Positions 37,409 to 47,612 are shown, numbered from the stretch's first letter. The stretch is 64,000 nt of DNA from Ornithinimicrobium sp. (GCF_051004135.1 NZ_JBPCKQ010000114.1:6636-70635); one strand, 5' to 3'. Program-made: numbers and translations. The notes: generated by a model not told the origin, from the letters alone.

Positions 37409-38626
37409 ATGCCGATGGGCAGCGTTCTCTTCCAGGGTGGCACGGTCGTGGACGGCACCGGTGCGCAGCCTGCGACCGCGGATGTGCACGTCGTCGACGG
37501 TGTGGTGGCGCAGGTCGGACCAGGACTGGGCGTCGAGGCCGACGAGGTGGTCGACTGTGCGGGGGCCACCGTGCTGCCCGGCCTGTTCGACTGCCACGTG
37601 CACGTGCTCTTCGACCGGGTCAACACGCTGCAGGTGCTGCAGACGCCGTTCTCCTACCCCTACTACCAGGCGGTTCACCACCTGCAGGCCACGCTCGAGA
37701 CGGGCGTCACCTGGGTCCGCGACGCCGGTGGCGCCGACCTGGGCGTGGCCCAGGCGGTGCGCGACGGCCTGATCGCCGGCCCGCGGATGCAGATCGCGGT
37801 CAACATGATCAGCCAGACCGGCGGGCACGGTGACGGCCACCAGCTGTGCGGAGCCGACGTGCCGTTGTTCGCCGAGCACCCCGGCCGGCCGCGATCGGTC
37901 GTGGACGGACCCGATGAGGTTCGGCGAGTGGTGCGCGAGCTGGTGCGGGCCGGGGCCGATGTCATCAAAGTGGCCACCAGCGGTGGGGTGCTCTCGCCCA
38001 AGAGTGACCCTCGCCGCGGGCACTTCCGGGATGACGAGATCGCGGCGCTGGTGGCCGAGGCCACGGCTGCCGGGCTGTTCGTCATGGCGCACGCACAGGC
38101 CACAGACGGCATCAAGGCCGCCGTCCGGGGCGGCATTCGCTCCATCGAGCACGGCATCTACCTCGACGACGAGGCGATCGAGATGATGCTGGCCCACGGC
38201 ACCTGGCTGGTGCCGACGCTGTCCGCTCCGCGAGCGGTGATCGCGCAAGCCGACGCCGGCGTGCCGCTGCCGGACGCGGTGGTCGCCAAGGCGCGGATGG
38301 TCACCGAGGCGCACGACGACTCGGTGCGCCGGGCAATGGCGGCCGGGGTCAGGGTGGCGATGGGCACCGACAGCGGCGTCGGTGCGCACGGGGCCAACCT
38401 GGACGAGCTCGGCCTGATGGCCGATCTCGGGATGAGCCCGCTGGACGCCTGGGTCGCCACGACCTCGAGCGCCGCGGACCTGCTCGGGGTGGGGGAGCGG
38501 TTCGGCACTCTTGAGCCGGGCAAGCGCGGTGATGTCGTGGTGCTCGGCGGTGCGTCTGACGACCTGTCCGGGCTGGGGGAGCGGGTCCGGTCGGTCCATC
38601 AGGACGGGGTGCGCGTCAGCGGTTGA
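37409..38626 (+). CDS. Metal-dependent amidohydrolase (Xaa-Pro dipeptidase-like)
   Basis: PGLFDCHVH, GADVIKV, AHA, SIEHG, MGTDSG. Confidence 0.9.
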   Translation: MPMGSVLFQGGTVVDGTGAQPATADVHVVDGVVAQVGPGLGVEADEVVDCAGATVLPGLFDCHVHVLFDRVNTLQVLQTPFSYPYYQAVHHLQATLETGVTWVRDAGGADLGVAQAVRDGLIAGPRMQIAVNMISQTGGHGDGHQLCGADVPLFAEHPGRPRSVVDGPDEVRRVVRELVRAGADVIKVATSGGVLSPKSDPRRGHFRDDEIAALVAEATAAGLFVMAHAQATDGIKAAVRGGIRSIEHGIYLDDEAIEMMLAHGTWLVPTLSAPRAVIAQADAGVPLPDAVVAKARMVTEAHDDSVRRAMAAGVRVAMGTDSGVGAHGANLDELGLMADLGMSPLDAWVATTSSAADLLGVGERFGTLEPGKRGDVVVLGGASDDLSGLGERVRSVHQDGVRVSG

Positions 38627-38905
38627 ACATGCCGGACGGCTGCACGACCGGCTGAAGGGCGGCGAAGCCTTCGGCATACGACTGCGGTGTCACGTCCCTG
38701 AGGATCAGCCGCTGCAGGATGAAGCCGGGAGGAGTACCGCCTCGTCCCGGACCGCCTCGGCCCAGCCGTTGACAGCGATCCGGGTGAGGTCGACCTCGTG
38801 GGCCTGGGCTCGCTGGACGATCAGACCCGTGAGCAGCTGCAGGGTCTCCGCCGGCGCGGGCACCGGGTCGCGTTCGAGCACCTGCGCCACGACACCGGCG
38901 ATGAG
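38616..38905 (-). pseudogene. C-terminal fragment of a TetR/AcrR-family regulator
   Basis: RIAVNGWAEAVRD followed after a frameshift by LPGFILQRLILRDVTPQSYAEG; HTH absent. Confidence 0.5.
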
Positions 38906-38936
38906 CCCGCCTGCCTGGCCCGTGTGCCGGGATGGC

Positions 38937-39557
38937 TCAGCCGGACGACCAGGGCACGCCGAACCGGCCTCGGTGGGCCACCTGGTCCAGACCTCGGCGG
39001 CCGCGACGCAGACTGGCCGAGCGCCGGTCGGGCACGGCATAGCCCATCGCCACCACCCCCACCAGGCGCCGGTCGTCGGGCACGCCCAGTGCTGACCTGG
39101 CCTGCTGCGTGCGCTCGGCGCTGACCCCGAAGAACAGCCCACCGAGCCCCTCGTCGACCGCTGTCAGCAGCATCAGCAGGGCCGCCATGCCCGTGTCGAC
39201 GTCCCAGTAGGGGATCGGCCACCGCGCCTCGCCCTGGTCGGTCCAGCCCTTGTCGGGCTCGGCGTAGCGGCGCAGGTAGGCGCCCTTGTCGGAGCAGCAC
39301 ACGATCAGGCACGGCGCGGTGCGCACGCCAAGCAGCCAGGCGTCGGCCGGCTGCGCGGGCTCCGTGGTCGCGGCCCAGAACGCCTCGCGATCCGCCGCCT
39401 CGGTGAGGACCACGAAGTCCCACCCCTGGCTGAACCCCGCCGACGGCGCCCGGATCGCGTGCTCCAGCGCCTGCTGCAGCACGTCCCCCGGCACCGGCCG
39501 GTCCGGGTCGTAGGCTCGGACCATGCGACGTCGACGCACCACCCGGGCCAGCTCCAT
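38937..39557 (-). CDS. Nitroreductase family protein
   Basis: RRRRMVRAY, RAPSAGFSQGWDF, DTGMAALLMLLTAVDEGLG. Confidence 0.9.
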   Translation of the reverse strand: MELARVVRRRRMVRAYDPDRPVPGDVLQQALEHAIRAPSAGFSQGWDFVVLTEAADREAFWAATTEPAQPADAWLLGVRTAPCLIVCCSDKGAYLRRYAEPDKGWTDQGEARWPIPYWDVDTGMAALLMLLTAVDEGLGGLFFGVSAERTQQARSALGVPDDRRLVGVVAMGYAVPDRRSASLRRGRRGLDQVAHRGRFGVPWSSG

Positions 39558-39610
39558 AGGCCCGACTATCGCAGGAGGGGCTGACGTATGCCGATGAGGC
39601 GTCTCCCCGG

Positions 39611-39927
39611 ATGAGGCTGCGGACGTCGGTGGCTGGGTGGATGTCGATGCTCGGACGGGTGGTGTCGACCGTCGTGGTCGGTGCCGTCACGGTTCTCGCG
39701 GCAACACCGACCTGGACCTGCCCTGCTTCGTCAGCAGCGACGCCTACCCCTCCCTGGTCGCCGCGACCCGGCCGGCGACCGGGCTGACCCTCGCGGCGTG
39801 CTCGGGCTGCGCGCCGGACCCCTGGGTGGTAGGTCGCCGGGGCACCTCCCTGTTCGACGCCTACCACCCCAGCGCCGTCGGCCACCGCGACGGGTTCGCC
39901 CCGTTGGTCGCCCAGGCCCTGGGCTGA
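39611..39927 (+). pseudogene. Secreted SGNH/GDSL hydrolase remnant with large internal deletion(s)
   Basis: Signal-like start, then CFVSSDAYPSLVA...LAACSG joined directly to the C-terminal DPW...DAYHPSAVGH; GDS block missing. Confidence 0.65.
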
Positions 39928-39955
39928 GCTCACCAGCCCCGGGGGTGCTGACCGG

Positions 39956-41719
39956 TCATCCGTCCCGCAGGTCCGACACGGTCGTCAACGTGTAGCCGCC
40001 CGCCCGAAGCGTGTTCACGATCTGCGGCAGCGCGTCCCGGGTGTGGTAGCCGCCCAGATGGGAGAGCACGATGGTGCCGTTGCTCGGCAGCGGGCTGACC
40101 ACCCGGCTGACGATCTGGTTGGTGGTGGTGGCCGGGTCCCAGTCGATGGTGTCCCGGTTCCACATCACCGTCTTGGTGTAGCCGACCGACGCCGCCACCT
40201 CACGCACAAAGCTGTTGTGCGAGCCGTAGGGCGGTCGCCAGTAGGGGTTCGTCGGCATGCCGGTCAGCCCCTCGAGGGTTCGTTCGGCGTCGCGGAGCTC
40301 GGTGCGAATGAAGGTGGAGGTCATCCGCACCCGGCACGGGCCCGAGCTCGGCGAGCCGCCGCCACCGGAGACGAGGTCGCAGTGGTGCACCGTGTGGTTG
40401 CCGAGCTCGAACAGCTCCGGATGCGCCGCGATCGCCGCCATGACCTTCCGGCCTTCCGTGGTGACGGCCATCGCCGCGGTGGGGAAGAACGTGGTGCACA
40501 CCTGGTGGTCGACGAGATACTGCACGATGCTGCGCGCAGGGTCGAGGCGTCCGCCCATGTCGAGCGTGAAGGCCACCTTCCTGCCGGCGCCGGGCACCGA
40601 GTCGAACACCTGCTCGGAGCCGGTCGTCGGCCGAGTCCCTGCCCAGCAGACCCCGAGCCGACGCTGCACCTGCCGGGCGACGTCGTCGGTCTGCGCCCGC
40701 TCGCCCCCGAGCAGGTATGCGGTACGCGGGGTGATCCGGACCAGCTCGGCAGGCACTCCGTCGGTCAGGCCCGTGCCCGCGGACAACAGCACCGGCCCAT
40801 GGGTGACCCGCACCACGGGGCCCGACGCCAACGCGTCCGGCCAGTCCCGACCCGTGGCCAGCACCGCTGCCGGACGGTCGGTGCCGAACACCCGGCGGGA
40901 AACCGCGAGGGCGGTCGTGTAGCGGGTGCGGCCCCAGACCCGCTCCGTCGTGGCGATCCCGTCGAGCTGCGTCGCGACGGACGCGGACACCGCGCCCGGG
41001 CCGCCGATGACCATGATCCGCTCTGGGTGCAGCCGCTCAAGCTCGGTGCGGGTGCTCGGCGGCAGGCTGGTGGCGCCGGTCAACAGCATCGGTGCGTTCT
41101 GGATCCCGGCTGCAGCTCCACCGGAGAGGGCATCGGGGAAGTCCGCACCGGTCGAGACGTAGACGACTTTTGAGCCACGCGGATGAGTGGTGCGCGACAG
41201 CGCCGCTGCCGTGGCGTACCGATCGGCGCCGGAGATGCGGGTCACCGTGCCCGCGGTGAAGGCGCCGAGGTCGCGGCGGACCGCCTCGGACACGGCGCTC
41301 GAACCTCCCACCACGACGATGCGGCCGGGACGCAGTCGGCGGAGCTCGGTCTGCGTCACACCTGGGACCGAGTCCCGCCCGGTGAACAGGACCGGACCGT
41401 TCAGCCGGGCCCCGGCCGGCCCGGCCGCCAGTCCGTCGGGGAAGTCGGCGCCGGTCACCACGAAGACGACGGGCTTCCCGGCGGCGAAGAAGCGCCGGCT
41501 CACCGCGGCCGCCGTGCCGTAGCGACTGGACCCGGCAAGTCGCTCCAGATGGAAATCCACGTCGCCTGCGGTGCTCTGCGCGGGCGGTGGCGCCTGCGGT
41601 GACGCAGCGCTCGAGGTGCCCCAGCCGAGGCCACCCGCCAGGGCCAGTACGAGGAGCACGGCGAGCGCCGTCGGCGGACGCAGCCGACTTGGCCAAGCAA
41701 GAGTGTTCGCGGACCTCAC
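39956..41719 (-). CDS. Secreted protein with three cell-wall-binding-2 repeats and a CE4/NodB polysaccharide deacetylase domain
   Basis: RBS GGAGG then GTG; RLAGSSRYGTA, GADFPD (x2) and GRDWPD; TLDMG, GNHTVHH, WRPPYG, DTIDW, LSH. Confidence 0.88.
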   Translation of the reverse strand: MRSANTLAWPSRLRPPTALAVLLVLALAGGLGWGTSSAASPQAPPPAQSTAGDVDFHLERLAGSSRYGTAAAVSRRFFAAGKPVVFVVTGADFPDGLAAGPAGARLNGPVLFTGRDSVPGVTQTELRRLRPGRIVVVGGSSAVSEAVRRDLGAFTAGTVTRISGADRYATAAALSRTTHPRGSKVVYVSTGADFPDALSGGAAAGIQNAPMLLTGATSLPPSTRTELERLHPERIMVIGGPGAVSASVATQLDGIATTERVWGRTRYTTALAVSRRVFGTDRPAAVLATGRDWPDALASGPVVRVTHGPVLLSAGTGLTDGVPAELVRITPRTAYLLGGERAQTDDVARQVQRRLGVCWAGTRPTTGSEQVFDSVPGAGRKVAFTLDMGGRLDPARSIVQYLVDHQVCTTFFPTAAMAVTTEGRKVMAAIAAHPELFELGNHTVHHCDLVSGGGGSPSSGPCRVRMTSTFIRTELRDAERTLEGLTGMPTNPYWRPPYGSHNSFVREVAASVGYTKTVMWNRDTIDWDPATTTNQIVSRVVSPLPSNGTIVLSHLGGYHTRDALPQIVNTLRAGGYTLTTVSDLRDG

Positions 41720-41888
41720 GGGGCACCTCCAGGTAGGTGAGCGGGCACGTCGTCGGACCCGCTCACCAGTAAGACGCTGCGCAGTCCTCCAGGGTTGGCC
41801 AACAGCGAGCCAGGACCGAGCCAAGCGCCAGCAAACTGAGTAAGATATGAGTAAATCCGCAACGGTGTGGACGCAGGGAGGCGCGAGC

Positions 41889-42407
41889 ATGGTGAGAGAG
41901 CTCCCGACAGCGGTGGACCCGACCGCGAGCGTCGGGGTGCACACGGCATACCTCGCACACTGCGACGCGCTGGTCCGCCGGACGAGGCAGTTGGTCGGGG
42001 ACCCGCAGCTGGCCGAGGACCTGGTCACCGAGGCGTTCGCCCGCCTGCTGACGCACTGGGACACGGTGCGTAGCCCCCGACCGTGGCTCTATGCCACGAC
42101 CGCCCACCTGGTCAGCGACCATTGGCGCAAGCGGGGCCGTGAGGCCGCGGCCTATGACAGGCTGCAGCAGGGGGTGGTCCGCGCAGTGGAGCAGCCGGAT
42201 GTCCTCGACCGGGTGGACCTGCTCTGGGTCCGTGCCGCGGTGGAGCAACTGCCGGCGCGACTCCGTCTGACGGTGGTGTTGCACTACTTCCTCGACCTGC
42301 CCGTCGCCGAGGTGGCCCTGCGCCTGGGCAAGTCCGAGGGAGCGGTCAAGCGGGACCTGCACGACGCCCGGATGCTGCTTGCGCTCAGGATGCACGGGAC
42401 CCGTTGA
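41889..42407 (+). CDS. ECF sigma factor with no adjacent anti-sigma
   Basis: AEDLVTEAFARL, WLYATTAHLVSDHWR, region 4 EVALRLGKSEGAVKRDLHDAR. Confidence 0.88.
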   Translation: MVRELPTAVDPTASVGVHTAYLAHCDALVRRTRQLVGDPQLAEDLVTEAFARLLTHWDTVRSPRPWLYATTAHLVSDHWRKRGREAAAYDRLQQGVVRAVEQPDVLDRVDLLWVRAAVEQLPARLRLTVVLHYFLDLPVAEVALRLGKSEGAVKRDLHDARMLLALRMHGTR

Positions 42408-42447
42408 CCGTCCCTGGCCCACCGGTCGATCTGGGATGCTGGACCCC

Positions 42448-45096
42448 ATGACCGATCGGGGCGACCTACCGCCGGGATACCCGAAGCAGTGGGAGGCCGA
42501 CGTCGTGCTGACCGACGGCTCAGTGGCCCGGGTGCGCCCGATCGTGCCCGAGGACACCGAGGGGATCCATCGGTTCCACGCCGGCCAGTCGCAGGAGTCG
42601 ATCTATCTGCGCTTCTTCGCACCCATCCCTCGTCTCTCGGACCGCGACGTGCACCGCTTCACCCACGTCGACTACGACGCACGGGTCGCCCTCGTCGTGC
42701 TGGTCCGGGACGAGATCGCCGGCATCGGCCGCTACGACCGGCTGGACGGAGACGAGGCGAGTACCGCCGAGGTGGCCTTCAACGTCTCCGATGCCCACCG
42801 CGGGCGTGGCATCGGCTCGGTGTTGTTGGAGCACCTGGCGGATATCGGCCGGGAGCGCGGGGTGCGCCGGTTCGTGGCCGACGTGCTGCCACGCAACCGC
42901 CGGATGATCGGGGTCTTCCGCGACGCCGGCTACGAGGTGGCGCACAGCTTCGACGACGGCGTCATCGTCGTCTCCTTCGACATCGAGCCCACGGAGGCGT
43001 CCCGGGTCGTGCGGCTGGCCCGGGAGCACCGGACCGAAGCGGTCAGCGTGCGCCGGGTGCTGACCCCGTCCTCGGTGGCGGTGATCGGGGCGTCCCGCGA
43101 CGATCGGTCCATCGGCCGGGCACTGCTGCAGCACGTCCACGAGGCCGGCTTCACCGGTCCGGTGTATGCGGTGAACCCGCGGGCCGAGCAGATCGACGGG
43201 CACCTCGTGCATGCTCGGGTGAGCGACATCGGCGCCCCCGTCGACCTCGCCGTCATCGCGGTGCCGGCGGCGACCGTGCCGGCCGTGGTGCGGGAGTGTG
43301 CCGAGGCCGAGGTGGGCGCGATCATCGTGGTCTCCGCAGGCTTCGCCGAGGACGGACCAGAGGGCCAGGCTCGACAGGACGAGCTGCTGCGAGCCGCCCG
43401 CGGGGCAGGCATGCGGGTGCTGGGTCCCAACAGCTTCGGCCTGATCAACACCGACCCGCAGCACTGTCTCAACGCCTCGCTGTCGCCGCGGATGCCCGTG
43501 GCCGGCGCACTGGGCCTGTTTGCGCAGTCCGGCGCCCTCGGCATCGCGATTCTGGCCTCGGCCGAGCGCCGCGGGCTCGGGATCTCGACCTTCGCCTCGG
43601 CCGGCAACCGGGTCGACATCTCCGGCAACGACCTGATGCAGTACTGGCTCGACGACGATGCCACCGGAGCGGTCGGGCTCTACCTGGAGAGCATGGGCAA
43701 CCCGCGCAAGTTCTCCCGGATCGCCCGCAAGCTCGCCGCCCGCAAGCCGGTGATCGTGGTCAAGTCCGGCATCGGCGCCTTCGGGACGCCCCCGGGACAC
43801 CGGGTGCGGCTGACCCGCCAGCGCCCGGAGGCCTTCGCCGCGATGCTGCGGCAGGCAGGGGTGATCCGGGTGGAGAACACCCACCAGCTCTTCGACGTCG
43901 CCCAGCTGGTCGTCCACCAACCCCTGCCCGCCGGTCCGCGGGTCGCGGTGGTCACCAACTCCGCCGCGCTGGGCGCGCTGGCTGCCGACGCCGCCCAGTC
44001 GTGGGATCTGCATGTCGGCCAAGAGCCGTCCACCGTATCCGCCCTGGCAGGCGTCGAGGAGTTCGCGGGCGCCGTGCGGGACGCCCTGGCCGATCCGGCG
44101 GTGGACTCCGTCGTCGCCAGCTTCATCCCACCGCTGTCCGGCTGCGACTCCGAGGTCGTCGAGGCGGTGACCCGGGTGGCAGCCGAGGCGGACAAGCCGT
44201 GTGTGGCCACCTTCTTGGGGATGCGGGGACTCACGTCGGGCAGCCGGCTGCCGACCTACTCGATGCCGGAGGACGCCGTGCGGGCGCTCGCCGCAGCGAC
44301 CCGGTATGCCGAGTGGGTGGCGCGCCCCTACGGCACCCGGGTGCGGCCCGAGGGGATCAACCGGCGCAAAGCGCACCATCTCGTCGAGACATATCTGTCC
44401 CAGCATCCCGAGGGCGGCGAGCTGGACGGGGACCTGACCAGCACGCTGTTGGGGGCCTACGGCATCCAGGTGTGGCCGGCCTACCCGGTGCACTCCGCGC
44501 AGGAGGCGGCGCAGGTGGCGACAAGGGTCGGTGTCCCCGTGGTGCTCAAGGCCACCTCCGAGCTGGTGCGTCACCAGGCTGGGCACCAGTGGGTGCACAC
44601 CAGGGTCCACGGCGCACGGGCCTGTGCGGCTGCCTACACCGAGCTGGCGGCCGCGCTCGACGAGCTGGGTCTGGAGGGAATCGTGGTGCAGGACCACGCC
44701 CCGCAGGGCGTGGCCGTCGAGGTCACCTCCGCCGAGGATCCGCTGTTCGGTCCCGTGGTCGGCTTCGGGATCGCCGGGCTGCCCTCGGAGATGCTGGGCG
44801 ACGTGGCGCACCGCTTCCCCCCGCTGACCGACCTGGACATCACCGAGATGATCGCCTCCGTGCGCGCGGCGCCGCTGCTGGACGGGTGGCGCGGCGCGAT
44901 GCCCGTCGACCACGGCGCACTCGCCGACCTGATCGCCCGGGTGGCGGTGCTCGCCGACGAGCTGCCCGAGATCGCGCACCTGCAGCTCAACCCGGTGCAG
45001 GCGCACCCCGACGGGGTCGCCGTGCTCGGGGCGCAGGTGCGGGTCGCCCCCGAGCCCGGGCGCACCGACACCGGACGCCGGGCGCTGAGCGACTGA
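42448..45096 (+). CDS. GNAT plus CoA-binding/acyl-CoA-synthetase-like protein lysine acetyltransferase (N-terminal GNAT type Pat)
   Basis: DVVLTDG, SIYLRFF, GIGRYDR, AEVAF, RGRGIGSVLLEHL; VAVIGASR, GMRVLGPNSFG, QSGALG; C-terminal ATP-grasp-like region. Confidence 0.9.
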   Translation: MTDRGDLPPGYPKQWEADVVLTDGSVARVRPIVPEDTEGIHRFHAGQSQESIYLRFFAPIPRLSDRDVHRFTHVDYDARVALVVLVRDEIAGIGRYDRLDGDEASTAEVAFNVSDAHRGRGIGSVLLEHLADIGRERGVRRFVADVLPRNRRMIGVFRDAGYEVAHSFDDGVIVVSFDIEPTEASRVVRLAREHRTEAVSVRRVLTPSSVAVIGASRDDRSIGRALLQHVHEAGFTGPVYAVNPRAEQIDGHLVHARVSDIGAPVDLAVIAVPAATVPAVVRECAEAEVGAIIVVSAGFAEDGPEGQARQDELLRAARGAGMRVLGPNSFGLINTDPQHCLNASLSPRMPVAGALGLFAQSGALGIAILASAERRGLGISTFASAGNRVDISGNDLMQYWLDDDATGAVGLYLESMGNPRKFSRIARKLAARKPVIVVKSGIGAFGTPPGHRVRLTRQRPEAFAAMLRQAGVIRVENTHQLFDVAQLVVHQPLPAGPRVAVVTNSAALGALAADAAQSWDLHVGQEPSTVSALAGVEEFAGAVRDALADPAVDSVVASFIPPLSGCDSEVVEAVTRVAAEADKPCVATFLGMRGLTSGSRLPTYSMPEDAVRALAAATRYAEWVARPYGTRVRPEGINRRKAHHLVETYLSQHPEGGELDGDLTSTLLGAYGIQVWPAYPVHSAQEAAQVATRVGVPVVLKATSELVRHQAGHQWVHTRVHGARACAAAYTELAAALDELGLEGIVVQDHAPQGVAVEVTSAEDPLFGPVVGFGIAGLPSEMLGDVAHRFPPLTDLDITEMIASVRAAPLLDGWRGAMPVDHGALADLIARVAVLADELPEIAHLQLNPVQAHPDGVAVLGAQVRVAPEPGRTDTGRRALSD

Positions 45097-45102
45097 GATG
45101 GA

Positions 45103-45702
45103 ATGATGGTCGGCATGCCTGGACGTCGACCTGCCGCCGTGCTTCCCGAAGGCCTGCGCCGCGACATCGCCGAGGCGGGCTACCTGCCCGCGGTGGTCCA
45201 CGACATCGTGGCGATGGCGATCGGCCCCGAGACCGTGGTCACCCACCTGGTCCACCAGGAGATGACCATGGACGAGGAGGCCGTCCGACGCCACCTCACG
45301 GTCCTGGTGCTCACCGAGCACCGGCTGATCATCGGCCATGCCGACGACCACGAGTCGGGCGAGCCGGACCGGCAGCACCTGGCCACCGCCACCACCGAGG
45401 TGGTCCCGGTCCGCTCCGTGCGTGGGGTGATGCTCACCCACGTCGTGCCCGACCCGCAGCACTACCGCGGCGGGCTGGGCGGTCGGGCCGTGACGATGAC
45501 CCTGGGCTGGGGCTCGGTCTCCCGGTTGGACCTGGTGCCCGCGGTCTGCTCGGATCCCACCTGCGAGGGGGACCACGGCTACGAGGGCACCGTCGCCGGC
45601 GACGACATCTCGCTGCGCGTCGCGGCCGACTCCGACGGCGAGGCAGCCCTGGCCCGGGCCCTGCACTTCGCCCAGGAGCTGTCTGCGCGCCTGGGTCGCT
45701 GA
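45103..45702 (+). CDS. DUF5998 family protein
   Basis: AGYLPAVV, RRHLTVLVLT..RLII.HADD, LGWG...RLDL.PA.C.DP.CEGDHGY.G. Confidence 0.85.
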   Translation: MMVGMPGRRPAAVLPEGLRRDIAEAGYLPAVVHDIVAMAIGPETVVTHLVHQEMTMDEEAVRRHLTVLVLTEHRLIIGHADDHESGEPDRQHLATATTEVVPVRSVRGVMLTHVVPDPQHYRGGLGGRAVTMTLGWGSVSRLDLVPAVCSDPTCEGDHGYEGTVAGDDISLRVAADSDGEAALARALHFAQELSARLGR

Positions 45703-45706
45703 CCCC

Positions 45707-46882
45707 ATGACGCGTCCGACTCCCGAGCACGGCTGCGCCCCCCCGCCGTATGCCGTGAGCCTGCGCGACGTGCTACCCGCCCTGATCCGCTCTCTCGGGG
45801 TGGCCCCGGCCGCCGGGGACGAGCCCTGGCCCGTGCCCGTCCTGGAGCTTCCGCCCGCCCGCACCGCCGTGGTCGTGCTGATCGACGGGCTGGGCGCCCG
45901 CCAGCTGGCGCGCCGCAGCGGACATGCCCCCTACCTGCGCAGCCTCACGCCGCTGGCCCCGGAGGTGCGCAGCGGCTTCCCCTCCACGACCGCGGTCAGC
46001 CTCGCGAGTCTTGGCACGGGCAGGCTGCCCGGGGAGCACGGCCTGGTCGGCTGGCAGGTGCGGCTGCCGGGCACCGACCGGCTGCTCAACCACCTGTCGT
46101 GGGCGGGCGGTCCGCACCCCACGACATACCAGCCGGGGCCGACCCTGCTGGAACGGGCTGCCCAGGCCGGCGTCCAGGTGAGCACCGTCGCCCAGCCGGA
46201 GTTCCAGGGGTCCGGGCTGACCCGGGCGGCGCTGCGCGGTGGGCGGTTCGTGCCCGCCCGGACCCTGGACGAGCGGGTGCGGGCGACCGTGCGGGAGTCG
46301 GCCCGTGCTCGCCAGCATCCGCAGCCGGCCCTGATCTACCTCTATGTCGGGGAGGTCGACCGGGCCGGCCACGAGCACGGCCCGGACTCCCTGGCCTGGG
46401 GAGCGGCCGTCGAGGAGGTCGACGCCGCCCTGGCCGCCCTGGCCCGAGCGCTGTCGCCCGGCACCTCGCTCACCCTGACCGCCGACCACGGCATGGTCGA
46501 GGCACCCGAGGCGCTGCGCCGCGATCTGGCCCACGACAGCGGTCTCGACGACGGCGTCGCACTGCTCGGCGGCGAGCCCCGGGTGCCCTACGCCTACTGC
46601 CGCCCCGGTGCCGCCGAGGACGTCCTGCAGCGGTGGCGGGCCCTGCTGGGCGAGCACGCCGCGCACGTGCTCAGCCGGACCGAGCTGATCGAGACCGGCT
46701 GGCTGGGGCCGGTGCGGGAGGAGGTGGCGGGCCGGATCGGTGACGTCGTGGCCGTCCTGGACGGGGGAGCGACGGTCCTGGACTCCCGGCTGCTGCGGCC
46801 GCAGGTGGTGGCCCTGCGCGGACATCACGGCTCGCTGAGCGACGAGGAGACCCTGATTCCGCTGCTGCACGACCCGGCCTGA
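45707..46882 (+). CDS. Alkaline-phosphatase superfamily (nucleotide pyrophosphatase/phosphodiesterase) protein
   Basis: VLIDGLG, FPSTTAVS, EVDRAGHEHG, TADHG, GHHGS. Confidence 0.88.
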   Translation: MTRPTPEHGCAPPPYAVSLRDVLPALIRSLGVAPAAGDEPWPVPVLELPPARTAVVVLIDGLGARQLARRSGHAPYLRSLTPLAPEVRSGFPSTTAVSLASLGTGRLPGEHGLVGWQVRLPGTDRLLNHLSWAGGPHPTTYQPGPTLLERAAQAGVQVSTVAQPEFQGSGLTRAALRGGRFVPARTLDERVRATVRESARARQHPQPALIYLYVGEVDRAGHEHGPDSLAWGAAVEEVDAALAALARALSPGTSLTLTADHGMVEAPEALRRDLAHDSGLDDGVALLGGEPRVPYAYCRPGAAEDVLQRWRALLGEHAAHVLSRTELIETGWLGPVREEVAGRIGDVVAVLDGGATVLDSRLLRPQVVALRGHHGSLSDEETLIPLLHDPA

Positions 46883-46918
46883 GCGTGTCGGTCGGCGACC
46901 GATCGTAGACTGGCCGCC

Positions 46919-47608
46919 GTGGCCGAACTCGTCTTCTTCACCGGGACCATGGACTGCGGCAAGTCCACCCTGGCGCTGCAGATGGACCACAACCACGCCG
47001 CTCGGGGGCGCAGCGGCCTGATCTTCTCCCAGCACGACCGGGCCGGCACCGCCCAGCTGTCCTCCCGACTCGGGCTCTCCAGGGAGGCGCTCGAGGTCGG
47101 CGACGACACCGACTTCTGGGAGCTGGTCGTCGACCAGGTGACGCACGGGCGCCGGGTGGACTACCTGATCTGCGACGAGGCCCAGTTCTACCGTCCCGGG
47201 CAGGTCGAGCAGCTGGCCCGGCTGGTCGATGAGATGGGGATCGACGTCTTCGCGTTCGGCATCACCGCGGACTTCCGGGCCGAGCTGTTCCCCGGGTCGC
47301 GCCGGCTGATCGAGCTTGCCGACCGGACCTCGGTGCTGCAGGTCGAGGCGCTGTGCTGGTGCGGGCGGACCGCCACGCACAACGCCCGCACGGTCGACGG
47401 TGTCATGGTGGTCCAGGGCGAGCAGGTCCTGGTGGGCGACGTCGGGGGAGAGCTTGCCGGCGACGACCGGATGAGTGTGGAGTACGAGGTGCTCTGTCGG
47501 CGGCACTACATGCGGCGGATGACCGCCCACGCGGCGTCGGCGCAGGCCGCATCGCCGGACGTGCTGCCCTTCGACCTCGACCTGTGCCCGCTGCCGCGCG
47601 TGCGGTGA
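46919..47608 (+). CDS. tdk: Thymidine kinase
   Basis: GTMDCGKST, ICDEAQF, FGITADFR, LCWCG, YEVLCRRH. Confidence 0.93.
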   Translation: MAELVFFTGTMDCGKSTLALQMDHNHAARGRSGLIFSQHDRAGTAQLSSRLGLSREALEVGDDTDFWELVVDQVTHGRRVDYLICDEAQFYRPGQVEQLARLVDEMGIDVFAFGITADFRAELFPGSRRLIELADRTSVLQVEALCWCGRTATHNARTVDGVMVVQGEQVLVGDVGGELAGDDRMSVEYEVLCRRHYMRRMTAHAASAQAASPDVLPFDLDLCPLPRVR

Positions 47609-47612
47609 GGCG

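Noticed and set aside
42520-45864. 1114-aa minus-strand ORF, and similar giant ORFs at 60300-63944, 26411-29263, 42489-45710 and 17862-20195
   Set aside because: Shadow frames of genuine genes; stop-poor GC-rich DNA produces them, and the translations have no recognisable motifs
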